This document shows positions 29,883-39,928 of a stretch of 64,000 bases of DNA, piece after piece. A program made the translations under genes and the position numbers. The notes beneath the pieces were generated by a model. The model did no database searches. It was not told the DNA's origin and saw nothing but the letters and a program-made list of their open reading frames with translations. How positions within the stretch are numbered: the first letter of the stretch is position 1; every line of letters begins with the position of its first letter. Origin of the DNA: Candidatus Binatia bacterium. GTDB lineage: Bacteria; Desulfobacterota; Binatia; HRBIN30. The stretch spans positions 32,001 through 96,000 of the forward strand of contig JBBRSP010000010.1 in NCBI GenBank assembly GCA_038245295.1, read 5' to 3'.

Positions 29883-30025
29883 CGGACCCAGGGACACCCA
29901 CCCGTGAACGGACCCAGGGACACCCACCCGTGAACGGCGTCGTTACTTGTTCGTTTATCAGATAGTTGGGCCGATCACCGTGGGGAAGTGTTGTCTTCGA
30001 CGCGGGTGGATGTCCTCCATCGCCC
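29883..30025. repeat. GGACACCCA element, subtype A, with 26-bp tandem-duplicated left end
   Basis: CGGACCCAGGGACACCCACCCGTGAA twice, then a spacer homologous to 22478-22549 and the arm CGGGTGGATGTCC. Confidence 0.8.
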
Positions 30026-30117
30026 TCTCCTTCGAGCGTCAGGCACAGCAACTGATCGAGAACGCGCTTCACACCACGGGCCTGATCCACCGGCGCTAGA
30101 AAAGGGGAACAAGAGCC

Positions 30118-31518
30118 ATGTTCTACCAACGCTTGACGGCACTCGACGCATCGTTCGTCCAAATCGAAGACGGCAACGTGCACATGCACGTTGCCGCCGC
30201 CCTGCTCTTCGAGCCCGGCACGCTGGGCAAACGCGGCGGCGGGCTCAGCATGGAGCGCATCCGCGCCTACGTCGAGTCGCGCCTGCACTTCATCCCGCGC
30301 TACCGCCAGAAGCTCGCCTACATTCCGATCGAGCACCACCCGGTGTGGATCGACGACGAGCGCTTCAACCTTTTCTACCACGTGCGTCATACGGCGTTGC
30401 CGCATCCTGGCAGCGAGCGGCAACTGAAACGATTGTGCGGGCGCGTCATGTCGCAGAAGCTCGATATGACCAAGCCGCCGTGGGAGATCTGGATCGTCGA
30501 AGGACTGTCGGAGGGCCGCTTTGCGCTGATTGCCAAGGTGCACCACTGTATGGTCGACGGTATCTCCGGCGTCGATCTGCTCACCGTGCTGTTGCAGCCC
30601 GAGCCCAGCGAGCACGTGCCCAGGCCAGAGCCGTGGGAAGCGCGCCCGGCGCCGACGTCGCAGCAGCTGCTCGTCGGCGAGATCTCGCGGCGGGCATTCC
30701 TACCATTCGATGCGTGGCAAGCGGCGCAGCAGGCATTTGCCGATCCGCTCGCCGCCTTCGAGTCGGCACGCGGCGCGGTCACCGGTGTAATCGAGTTGCT
30801 CGGCGCCGGGCCGGCGTCACCCACACCGATCAATCCGGAGCACATCGGACCGCACCGGCGCTTCGACTGGCTGCGCCTGCCGTTGTCGGAGATCAAGATC
30901 GTCAAGCAGCAGCTGGGCGGAACCCTGAACGATGTCGTGCTCGCCACGGTCACCGGCGCTATGCGCAGCTTTCTGCGCAGCCGCGGCCTGTCGTCCGCCG
31001 GCATGGATTTTCGCGCCATGATCCCGGTGAGCATCCGCGAACGCAGCGAACGCGGCGCTCTCGGCAACCGTGTCGCCCAGATGTTGGCGGCGCTGCCCGT
31101 CGGCGAGAAGAGCGCGCGACGGCGGCTGGAGAAGGTGGCCGTCACAACCCAAGAGATGAAACATTCGCACCAGATCGAAGCGACGGAGCTGATGGAACAG
31201 GTGGGTGACTGGACGGCGACAGCGCTGCTGACGCAACTCGTGCGCATCACGACGGCGCGGCGCCCCTTCAACCTCGTGGTAACCAACGTGCCAGGCCCAC
31301 CGATTCCGCTCTACCTGCTCGGGGCCCGCCTGGTCGCCTCGTTTCCGATGGTACCGCTCTATTCGAACCAGGCCCTCGGCATCGCCCTGTTCAGCTATGA
31401 CCGCGATCTCTTTTGGGGCATCAGCTCAGACTGGGACGCCCTCCCCGATGTGCACAACTTCGTCAGAGCGCTCAGCACCAGTTTCGCAGAGTTGCGGCGC
31501 GCCGCTCGCCAACGCTGA
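30118..31518 (+). CDS. Wax ester synthase/diacylglycerol acyltransferase (WS/DGAT)
   Basis: Motifs RLTALDASF, catalytic HHCMVDG, GTLNDVVL and NLVVTNVPGP. Confidence 0.93.
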   Translation: MFYQRLTALDASFVQIEDGNVHMHVAAALLFEPGTLGKRGGGLSMERIRAYVESRLHFIPRYRQKLAYIPIEHHPVWIDDERFNLFYHVRHTALPHPGSERQLKRLCGRVMSQKLDMTKPPWEIWIVEGLSEGRFALIAKVHHCMVDGISGVDLLTVLLQPEPSEHVPRPEPWEARPAPTSQQLLVGEISRRAFLPFDAWQAAQQAFADPLAAFESARGAVTGVIELLGAGPASPTPINPEHIGPHRRFDWLRLPLSEIKIVKQQLGGTLNDVVLATVTGAMRSFLRSRGLSSAGMDFRAMIPVSIRERSERGALGNRVAQMLAALPVGEKSARRRLEKVAVTTQEMKHSHQIEATELMEQVGDWTATALLTQLVRITTARRPFNLVVTNVPGPPIPLYLLGARLVASFPMVPLYSNQALGIALFSYDRDLFWGISSDWDALPDVHNFVRALSTSFAELRRAARQR

Positions 31519-31522
31519 CCGC

Positions 31523-31658
31523 GAAGAGACCAGCGAAGGTTCGATCGAACTTGGCAAGCGTGCCGATCTGGTCATCCTGTCCGCCAATCCCCTAACCGTG
31601 AAACCCAATGCGATCCGCGAGATCAAGGTTCTGCAAACGCTCAAGGACGGGAAGACAC
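31523..31658 (+). pseudogene. Orphan C-terminal fragment of an amidohydrolase-3-like gene
   Basis: Reads GSIELGKRADLVILSANPL..IKVLQTLKDGK. Confidence 0.65.
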
Positions 31659-31854
31659 CATCTATGCCGCAAACTGAACACGGGAAACTCATGCCGGCCG
31701 AAGACAAACCTACGAAACGCGCCATCAGGAGACCATCGCGCCTGGCACCCGGCTCAACACAGAGGGCCCGGAGACGAACCGCGAATTTCATTGTTGCAGT
31801 CGCCCTAGCCAGCCTCGCGCTGCCGGTGCTCGCGCAAGGCCACCGTCGACGAGC

Positions 31855-32162
31855 AGCAGATCGAGTTGCTCGAAGAAGCGCTGCGGTTGGTTTCGCCGAG
31901 CGATGAGAAACAGCAGGTGCACCTGCACAGCCGGCTCGCGCTGGCACTCTACTGGTCGTCCGATACACAGCGTTGCCTGGCTGCGGCCGACAGCGCGGTG
32001 GCAGCGGCGCGCAAGCTCAAGGCCCCCGCGACGCTGGCGCATGGGCGCGGCGACCGACGCCAGGCACTTGTCCTAGGCCAAGAGGCGCACAGTCAGGCGG
32101 AGAAGTTTCAGATTCCCCTGCTGGTGGCAGACGCGATGATGTTGAACAGCGTGATGACGTAG
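31855..32162 (+). pseudogene. Internal fragment of a large ATPase/TPR regulator-like gene
   Basis: Reads IELLEEALRLV..LHSRLALALYWS..AVAAARKLKAPATLAH. Confidence 0.5.
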
Positions 32163-32282
32163 GAACTCCGCGACGCACAAGGCTCATCGATCCGCCGATT
32201 TCTGGTTGGCGGCGCCACGTAGAATTGGTAGCAACGGACCGCGCCTAATCATCGGCGGGAGGCGCAGGACTGGGAGGTATCA

Positions 32283-33557
32283 ATGAGCAACGCCAATGCT
32301 GCGGGCACGCTGGGGTCGAAGGGTCAGGCCGGGGCCGACCCATACTCGATTGCGCTCGACAAGATCGATGTATCGGACTCCGAGCTGTTCGAGACCGACA
32401 CCCACTGGGGCTATTTCGAGCGTCTGCGCAACGAAGACCCGGTCCACTACTGCGCCGCCAGCGACTTCGGCGGATACTGGTCGGTCACCAAGCTCCACGA
32501 CATTCTGACCGTCGAAAAGGATCCCGAGACGTACTCGTCGGCCAGCTCGATCGTCATCGGCGACATCCCACCCGAGTTTGCGCTCTCACCGGGATTCATC
32601 GCCATGGACGGGTCGCGCCACACGGCACATCGCAAGACCATCTCGCCGGTCCTCGGGCCGCGCAACCTCACCCTGCTCGAGCCGCTGATCCGGGAGCGCG
32701 TCATTCATATCCTGGACAGCCTGCCGGTGGGCGAGACGTTCAATTGGGTCGACGCCGTGTCGATCGAGCTGACGACGGCGATGCTGGCGACGCTGTTCGA
32801 CTTTCCGTACGCCGACCGCCGCCGTCTGACGTACTGGTCGGACATGGCCACCGCGAGCCCCGCCCTCGTCGGTGCTACCGGCGTTAGCGAGGCCGAACGG
32901 CGCGCCGCACTCGAGGAGTGCCTCGAGGTGTTCCAAGGCCTGTGGCGCGAGCGCGAGGGGAAGGAGACCGACAAGCTCGACTTCGTCACCGCGCTGGCCA
33001 ACGGGGCGGCGACACGCGACATGTCGCCTCTGGAGTATCTCGGAACGCTGGTCCTGCTCATCGTCGGGGGCAACGACACGACGCGCAACTCGATCTCCGG
33101 CGGTGTGCTGGCGCTCAACCAATATCCCGCGGAGTACGACAAGCTGCGCCGCGACGTCGGGCTGATTCCCAACATGGTATGCGAGATGATCCGCTGGCAA
33201 ACGCCGCTGGCGCACATGCGCCGTACGGCAACCCGTGACACCGAGCTCGCCGGCAAACACATCAAGAAGCGCGACAAGGTCGTGATGTGGTACGTCTCGG
33301 CCAATCGCGATGAAACCGCCATTCCGCACGCCAACGAGTTTCAGATCGACCGCAACAACGCGCGCGATCACGCGTCGTTCGGCTGGGGAATTCACTTTTG
33401 CGTCGGCAGCCGTCTCGCCGAGATGCAACTACGCATCCTGTGGGAAGAGATCATAACGCGGTACACCAAGGTCGAGGTCGTCGGCGAGCCGGTGCGCGTG
33501 CGCTCGAACTTCGTAAAAGGCTTCACCGAGCTGCCGGTGCGGCTGACGCCTCTCTGA
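32283..33557 (+). CDS. Cytochrome P450, CYP153-like
   Basis: Motifs [45 protein letters not shown] and heme-binding FGWGIHFCVG. Confidence 0.92.
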   Translation: MSNANAAGTLGSKGQAGADPYSIALDKIDVSDSELFETDTHWGYFERLRNEDPVHYCAASDFGGYWSVTKLHDILTVEKDPETYSSASSIVIGDIPPEFALSPGFIAMDGSRHTAHRKTISPVLGPRNLTLLEPLIRERVIHILDSLPVGETFNWVDAVSIELTTAMLATLFDFPYADRRRLTYWSDMATASPALVGATGVSEAERRAALEECLEVFQGLWREREGKETDKLDFVTALANGAATRDMSPLEYLGTLVLLIVGGNDTTRNSISGGVLALNQYPAEYDKLRRDVGLIPNMVCEMIRWQTPLAHMRRTATRDTELAGKHIKKRDKVVMWYVSANRDETAIPHANEFQIDRNNARDHASFGWGIHFCVGSRLAEMQLRILWEEIITRYTKVEVVGEPVRVRSNFVKGFTELPVRLTPL

Positions 33558-33730
33558 CCTTCGGTGCACCCGGTACGCAAAGGCATGCCAAAGAGGACGC
33601 ATTGCCGACGTTCTTGCCCGTGCCCTTGCCGTTGCCTGGCTCGATGGTGGTTCCACCTTGATCGCGCAACGGCGAGAACACGGGCAACGGCAAATGAGAA
33701 CCGTTACCTCAACGAGAGTGCCCTACTCAC

Positions 33731-34627
33731 CTAGGCGAGCGTCGCGTCGGCGCGCGCCTGCCATGCCTCGAGCAGGCCGCGGTCATCGTGGTCCCACGGG
33801 TGAAACCTCGGGCGGAAGAAATCGAAGAACTGCGGCGCCGAGTGCAACAAGACGCCCGGCGATACGAACAGGAAGCGCAAGATCTGCCCCCAGGCTCGCG
33901 GGCTGAAGCCCTGGCCATCGGTGCGCAGGAATCGCGCCGTCAAGCGCAGTGTATCGAACGTCAACAAGCTGGACATGATCACCAGCGCCGACGCGCGCTC
34001 CCACCAGGTTCCGCCCACGGCTTCGAAGACATCGTAGGCAACGGCCTTGTGCTCGATCTCCTCGGCGGCGTGCCAGCGCCATAGTTTGGCGAACTCCGGC
34101 TCCACATCCGCAAAGATTCTCTCGTCGTCGAGCACCTGATGTCCGAGCGTCGCCGTCAGGTGCTCGAGCGCCACGGTGATCGCCAGCGCATAACGCGGAC
34201 CGTTGAACCACGTCTTCTTGATGCTGCTCAGCATCTTGAACGTCCCGGCGAGATCCTTCTTGCACGCCTCTTCGACCGACTGAACGTCGTAATGGTTCTG
34301 CACCGTCGCATCGTAAGCGAGGTGCTCGCGCGTGTGCACCGCCTCCTGGGCAGCGAAGCGGCGCATCTCCTCGAGCAATTGCGGGTCGTCGATCTGGTCT
34401 TTGAAGGCCATGACGCTCTTGATGAAAAACGTCTCGCCGCCGGGGAACGTCGGCGACAACGCGTGCAGCAACAAGGTCGCGGCGTTGCCGCCCATCCAGC
34501 GCTTGGCACGCTGCGCGTCGAGGTGCAGCGCGGGGCGGCGGATGATGATCTCGGGCCGCGGCAGGTCGTCGTGTTTGCGCTCGACTGTCGTGGACCAACC
34601 GGTGGAAGCTTCGTTGGAGGCGGTCAT
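33731..34627 (-). CDS. Predicted metal-dependent hydrolase (ferritin-like)
   Basis: Motifs FPGGETFFIKSV, QEAVHTREH, LEHLTA, WHAAEEIEHKAVAYDV and FHPWDHDD. Confidence 0.85.
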   Translation of the reverse strand: MTASNEASTGWSTTVERKHDDLPRPEIIIRRPALHLDAQRAKRWMGGNAATLLLHALSPTFPGGETFFIKSVMAFKDQIDDPQLLEEMRRFAAQEAVHTREHLAYDATVQNHYDVQSVEEACKKDLAGTFKMLSSIKKTWFNGPRYALAITVALEHLTATLGHQVLDDERIFADVEPEFAKLWRWHAAEEIEHKAVAYDVFEAVGGTWWERASALVIMSSLLTFDTLRLTARFLRTDGQGFSPRAWGQILRFLFVSPGVLLHSAPQFFDFFRPRFHPWDHDDRGLLEAWQARADATLA

Positions 34628-34854
34628 TAGACCCGCCTCATGGACCGCCGCGCCGCGCCGCGCAACCCCGATCGGTCTGGGCATGAACTCAAGTGGCCAA
34701 ACCGGTTGTGCCAACGGCGATCAAACGACAACGGCCGTCCGGAGGGTCTCCACCCGTTGCGGGCAAGGTTCCGTCTCCGGGCGCCACGGAGTGGCGCGCT
34801 CCGAGTAGAGCCCATCGGCGGGCGTGGATCCCACACTAAGACGCTATTAAGGAT

Positions 34855-36189
34855 TCAGAACGGCCCACCCACCGGAAAACGCACCGACACGACGCAGCCG
34901 CCCTGCGGTCGATTGGCGATCTCGATGATGCCACCGTGGGCTCGCGCGATTCCCTTGGCGATGCTGAGGCCAAGGCCGGCGCCGGACGTCGTGCCGGGCA
35001 GTATCGTGGCGCGATAGAACGGCTCGAACACCTGGGCGAGCTCGGCGGCCGGCACACCGACGCCTTCGTCGGCGACCGAGACCTGGATCCCCGCCGACGA
35101 GCCCGCGGCCCGCAGCTGCACCGAGCCGTGCGTCGGGCTGTGGCGGATGGCGTTATCAAGGAGATTGCTGAACAGGCGGTACAAATCACCGGCGTTGCCG
35201 AGCAGGGGCAACGCGCCGCTCGTCTCGACCGCGATCGTCACGCCGCGGGTGGCGGCCGCATCCGCCCACGCATCGGCCAACTCCTGCAGTACCTCACTCA
35301 GATCGAGCCTCGCCGTCGCCCGCATCTCCGGCTGCGCCTCCAGGCGCGCCAGCGTCAGGAGGTCCTCGGCGAGTCGGCACAGTCGCTCGGTACTGGCGTG
35401 GGCTTCGTTCAAGGCGGCGCGATAGTCCGCGGCCGTGCGTTGACGCGACAAGGCCAGGTCGAGGCCGGTACGCAGCACGGCGAGCGGCGTGCGCAACTCG
35501 TGCGCCGCATGCGCCGAGAAGCGCTGCAGTTGAGTGACGTTGGCCTCGACACGATCGAGCATACGGTTCAACACCGTCACCATGCGCCCGACTTCGTCGT
35601 CCGGATTGTCGATGTGTACACGCGTCGACAACGTCGCCACCGCCAATGCCTCCAATTGATCCGACGCCTGCGCCAGCGGTCGCAAGGCGCGACCGATCAC
35701 CAACCAGAGACCGGCGCTGAGGAGCAACAGTCCGGCCGGAATTCCGATCAACAGCAGCAGCGTCAGTCGCTGGGTTGCATGCAACGCCGCGTCGGCGCGC
35801 GCCGCGATGGTCACCTCGACGATCTCACTGCCAACGCCGGCACGACGGCTGGCGATACGCCGTCCGCCCGGATTCGAACGCAACTCGGCCTGCGCTCCGT
35901 CGGGAATTTCATCGAGGAGCCGGCCATTCCGAACGACGACGATCATCTTGCCCGCCCCCGTGTCGGTCTCGGCGGCGATCCGCTGCAGCAACCCGCGCAT
36001 TCCCTCCGGAGCCGCCGACTTGGCCAGCATGGCCGCCACCGTGTCGGCTTCTTCTTCGATGGCGATATCGATGTCGCGCACCAGGCGTTCGGCAAATACC
36101 CGAACCAGCAACCAGCCGGCGGCCATCGAAGCGGGCAGTAGGAGGGCGATGACCCAGACGATCACCCGCAGCCGCAGCGAACGTTTCAC
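34855..36189 (-). CDS. HAMP sensor histidine kinase (CusS-like)
   Basis: Two TM segments; motifs AHELRTPL, NLLDNAIRH and GAGLGLSI. Confidence 0.92.
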   Translation of the reverse strand: MKRSLRLRVIVWVIALLLPASMAAGWLLVRVFAERLVRDIDIAIEEEADTVAAMLAKSAAPEGMRGLLQRIAAETDTGAGKMIVVVRNGRLLDEIPDGAQAELRSNPGGRRIASRRAGVGSEIVEVTIAARADAALHATQRLTLLLLIGIPAGLLLLSAGLWLVIGRALRPLAQASDQLEALAVATLSTRVHIDNPDDEVGRMVTVLNRMLDRVEANVTQLQRFSAHAAHELRTPLAVLRTGLDLALSRQRTAADYRAALNEAHASTERLCRLAEDLLTLARLEAQPEMRATARLDLSEVLQELADAWADAAATRGVTIAVETSGALPLLGNAGDLYRLFSNLLDNAIRHSPTHGSVQLRAAGSSAGIQVSVADEGVGVPAAELAQVFEPFYRATILPGTTSGAGLGLSIAKGIARAHGGIIEIANRPQGGCVVSVRFPVGGPF

Positions 36190-36863
36190 CGTGGCTCCTC
36201 GCGCAGCGCGTAGCCGGCGCCGCGGATCGTCTGCAGCAGGCGCGGCTCGCCATCAGCTTCGAGCTTCTTGCGCAGGCGCGTGATGAACACTTCGATCAGA
36301 TTCGACAGGGAATCGTAGTGCTCGCCCCAGACGTGTTCGGCGAGCATGGTGCGCGTCACGACTTCACCAGCGTGACGCATGAGGAACTCGAGCACCGCGA
36401 ACTCACGCGCCGTAAGCTCCACCGGACGCGCGCCGCGGCGCGCTAGCCTGGCGAGGACGTCGAGTTCGAGATCGGCGAGACGCAGCACCATTGCCTGTGG
36501 CTGGCGGCCGCGGCGCAGCAGCGCACGCAAGCGCGCCACCAGCTCACTGAAAGCAAAGGGTTTACCCAGATAGTCATCGGCGCCGGCGTTGAGCCCCGCG
36601 ACACGATCCTGCACCGAGCCACGCGCCGTCAGCACAAGCACCGGCGTGGTCATCGCGGCGGCGCGTACTCGGCGCAGCAACTCGCTCCCATCCATATCGG
36701 GAAGACCGAGATCGAGCACCAGCGCGTCATAGGTGTTCAGCGTCAGTAGGTCCCACGCCGCCTGCCCGTTGCCGGCGAGATCAACCGTCCACGACTCTTC
36801 GGCCAGGCCCTTCTGCAAATATCCGGCGAGCGCCGCTTCGTCTTCAACCACCAGTAGGCGCAT
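36186..36863 (-). CDS. OmpR-family response regulator (CusR-like)
   Basis: Motifs MRLLVVEDE, GADDYLGKPF, LTAREFAVLE and QTIRGAGY. Confidence 0.93.
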   Translation of the reverse strand: MRLLVVEDEAALAGYLQKGLAEESWTVDLAGNGQAAWDLLTLNTYDALVLDLGLPDMDGSELLRRVRAAAMTTPVLVLTARGSVQDRVAGLNAGADDYLGKPFAFSELVARLRALLRRGRQPQAMVLRLADLELDVLARLARRGARPVELTAREFAVLEFLMRHAGEVVTRTMLAEHVWGEHYDSLSNLIEVFITRLRKKLEADGEPRLLQTIRGAGYALREEPR

Positions 36864-39800
36864 GCCTCGTCTCCGTCGTGTCGTGTGGCGCCAGGATGTC
36901 ATACAGCAGCGGGATGCCGATCAACGAGAACAGCATCGAAACCGAGACGCCGCCGAGGATGGCGATAGCCAGTGGTTGCTGCATCTGGCTTCCGGCACCG
37001 ATGCCGGCGGCGAGCGGCGCCAGACCGGCGAGAGCCGCCAGCGAAGTCATGAGAATCGGCCGCAGACGCACCGTGCCGGCTTCAACGAGAGCCTCGGACA
37101 ACGAGCTGTCGCCGGCCACGGCTCGGCCGGCGAAGTCGAGCAGGAGGATGCCATTCTTGGCGACGATGCCCACAACCATGATCATACCGACGATCGACGC
37201 AACATTCAGCGCCGTGCCCGTCAACCACAGCGCCGTCAGACTTCCCGACACCGCCAGGCTGCTGCCGAGGATGATCGCGATCACCGCGGCAAGCGATCCG
37301 AACTCGGCCAACAAGAGCAGACCGACACACACCAGCGAGCCGACGAAGACGAGAGCCAACTCCGAGAAGGCCTTTTGCTGGCTGGCGTAGAGGCCGCCAT
37401 ACTCGAGAGTCACTCCGGCCGGCAACACCAGCTTGGCGGCGAGAACACGCTGCAACTCGGCGGTCGCCGAGCCGAGATCGCGGCCGTCGAGACGTGCCGT
37501 AATACGAATCAGTTGGCGCAGGTTCTCGCGCGTGTGTTGGGTCGAAGGCGCTCCCGGACTGAGTCGCGCCAAGGCCGCCAGCGGCGCCAGGCGGCCGCCC
37601 GGTGCCACCAGGGTTGTCGCCGGCAGGGCGTCCAAGTTGCGAAAACGCTCCGGGTACCACAGCCGCAGGGGGATGGCGCGATCACCTTCGAGCACGCGGC
37701 CGACAACTCTCCCGGTCATCGCCGTCTCCAACCACTGCTGCACCGCGGCGGCGCTGAGGCCGACCAACTTGGCGCGCTGCTCGTCGACATCGACAAACTG
37801 TGTTGGTCCGACGACCGTGATGCCGTCGAAGTTGTCGACGATGCCAGGAATCTCGCTGAGTAGTCGACCAACCGTCCGCGCCGTCTGTTCGAGAACCCGC
37901 TGGTCCTTGCCGAACAACTTCACCTCGATTGGACTGGGGGCGCCGCTCAAATCGCCGAGCATGTCCTGAAGGATCTGGACGAACTCGACGCGCAAGCCCG
38001 GCACCGTGCCGTGGATCTGCTCCCGCACATCCTCGATGACGGCCTCGATCGAGCGTGATCGGTCGGCGCGCAGTCGCACGGCATAGTCGCCGCGGTTGGT
38101 TTCGGTCAGAAAGAACCCGAGCTCGGAGCCGGTGCGCCGTGAGAACGAAACCACTTCAGGCGTCGCCTGCAACACTGCGTCGGCCGTGGTCAGAAGCTTG
38201 TTGGTCTCTTCCACCGACGTCCCGGGTGGCGACCAGTAATCGAGAACGAAGGCGCCCTCGTCCATCTCCGGGACGAATCCGGTCTCGACATGTTGGTAGG
38301 CGACCACGGCGACGGCGAGGATGGCGGCTGTCGGGAAAAGTGCCACCCACTTGTGCGACAAGGTCCAGCCGAGAGTTGCGGCATAAAAGCGGCTCAACCA
38401 AGCCGCGATGCGATCACCAGGGCCCGCATGCGCCTGTCGCGCCGCATCGCGTTGCAGCAGCGCGGCCAACGCCGGCGTGAAGCTCAGGGCCAGAAATAAA
38501 GAGACCAACAAAGCCACCGCCATGGTCACCGCGAGTGGTCGAAAGAAGGCGCCGGGGATGCCGGTCAGCAGCGCCAGCGGCAAGAGCACGGCGACCGGTG
38601 TCAGGGTCGAGCCGATGAGCGGCCGAGTGATTTCCGCCAACGACAGGCGCAACGCGTCCGCCGCCGAGTGTCCGCTGATGCGGTAGCGGTGCAGGTTTTC
38701 GACGACAACAATGGCGTCGTCGAGCACCAGTCCAACCCCGGCGGCAATTCCACCAAGGGTCATCAAGTTGAAACTCATGCCGAGCAGACGCAGCAGCAGA
38801 CACGTAATCAGCACGGTGGCGGGAATGACGGCGGCGGCGACGATGGTGATTCGCACGTCGGCGATGAAGAAGAAGATTGTGACCACCGCCAGCAGAATGC
38901 CAACGATGATACTGTCGCGCACGCTGGCGACGGCGGCGTGCACTAGATCGGCCTGGTTGTAGAACGTCGAGAACTCGTACTCCGGATGCTGCGCCGCCAG
39001 AACGGTCAGACGTTGTGCGATCGCCGCAGCGATGTCGACGCTGTTGCCCGAAGCCTGCCGCGAGACACCGACCAATACCGCCGTCGTGCCATTGGCCGAG
39101 GCGCGGGTGAAGTCTTCGCGCAGACTGCTGTCGAGGCGCGCCACCTGCCGCAGAGTTACCGGGACACCTTGGTCTTCGGTGACGACCGTATCCAGCAGCG
39201 TGGTTGGCTCGGTGGCCTGGCCGCGCACGACGACGAGGGTCAGTTGGTAGCCGTCATGAACCCGGCCGCCGGCGGCGATGATGTTGGCATCGTGCAGAGC
39301 GCTCTCGACCTGGCTGAGCTCGAGGCGGTGTTGCACCAGCGCCTCCGGATCGACGGTCAGAGTGTACTCACGCACCTTGGCGCCGTTGAGCTCGACGCGA
39401 TAAACGCCGGGGATCGTGCGCAACTGCGGCGCCGCTTCGTACAGCACGAAGTCCGAGAGTTGAGCCAGCGAGCGTTGCGTCGAAGAGACCGCCACGCCGA
39501 CAATCGGGAACGCCGAGCTATCGAGCAGGCGCGCCTCGATCTCGGTCTCCGCCGGCATACCGCTGCGTGCCTCGTCGACGGCGGCCTGCACACGCTGGAG
39601 AGCACGTAGCATGTCGGCGTCCCAGTCGAACAACAGATCGACCTGCGCGCCGCCGCGCGTCGTCATCGAACGGATGGTTTCGATGCCGGGCACGGCGGTG
39701 ACGGCGTTCTCCAGTGGTTGTGTCACCGCCGTCATCGTCTGTTCGATCGGCAGATTGCCGGTGCGGGCGATGATGCCGATGCGGTGGAACTCGACCTCCG

Positions 39801-39912
39801 GAAAGATCGCCACCGGCAAACGCAACGCGGCATACATTCCGGCCAGTGCCAGGACCAGGGTCGTGCCGAGAATCGCTGTGCGGTTGCGGCCGATGAAGTC
39901 GCCGAGATTCAC
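36844..39912 (-). CDS. RND efflux permease (CusA/CzcA-like)
   Basis: Motifs LPVAIFPEV, FNLMTLGG..DDAIVVVEN, FVPEMDEG and RLRPILMT. Confidence 0.92.
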   Translation of the reverse strand: MNLGDFIGRNRTAILGTTLVLALAGMYAALRLPVAIFPEVEFHRIGIIARTGNLPIEQTMTAVTQPLENAVTAVPGIETIRSMTTRGGAQVDLLFDWDADMLRALQRVQAAVDEARSGMPAETEIEARLLDSSAFPIVGVAVSSTQRSLAQLSDFVLYEAAPQLRTIPGVYRVELNGAKVREYTLTVDPEALVQHRLELSQVESALHDANIIAAGGRVHDGYQLTLVVVRGQATEPTTLLDTVVTEDQGVPVTLRQVARLDSSLREDFTRASANGTTAVLVGVSRQASGNSVDIAAAIAQRLTVLAAQHPEYEFSTFYNQADLVHAAVASVRDSIIVGILLAVVTIFFFIADVRITIVAAAVIPATVLITCLLLRLLGMSFNLMTLGGIAAGVGLVLDDAIVVVENLHRYRISGHSAADALRLSLAEITRPLIGSTLTPVAVLLPLALLTGIPGAFFRPLAVTMAVALLVSLFLALSFTPALAALLQRDAARQAHAGPGDRIAAWLSRFYAATLGWTLSHKWVALFPTAAILAVAVVAYQHVETGFVPEMDEGAFVLDYWSPPGTSVEETNKLLTTADAVLQATPEVVSFSRRTGSELGFFLTETNRGDYAVRLRADRSRSIEAVIEDVREQIHGTVPGLRVEFVQILQDMLGDLSGAPSPIEVKLFGKDQRVLEQTARTVGRLLSEIPGIVDNFDGITVVGPTQFVDVDEQRAKLVGLSAAAVQQWLETAMTGRVVGRVLEGDRAIPLRLWYPERFRNLDALPATTLVAPGGRLAPLAALARLSPGAPSTQHTRENLRQLIRITARLDGRDLGSATAELQRVLAAKLVLPAGVTLEYGGLYASQQKAFSELALVFVGSLVCVGLLLLAEFGSLAAVIAIILGSSLAVSGSLTALWLTGTALNVASIVGMIMVVGIVAKNGILLLDFAGRAVAGDSSLSEALVEAGTVRLRPILMTSLAALAGLAPLAAGIGAGSQMQQPLAIAILGGVSVSMLFSLIGIPLLYDILAPHDTTETRHAPTGG

Positions 39913-39928
39913 GCGTCGCTCCCGCGCA

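Noticed and set aside
22457..30025. CRISPR array from the GGACACCC repeats
   Set aside because: Copies are dispersed, inverted and irregularly spaced; no cas genes are present.
29608..32461. DGR template/variable repeat pair
   Set aside because: Mismatches include T/C, C/G and T/G and are not adenine-restricted. The repeat is at the gene's 5' end, and no reverse transcriptase is in the window.
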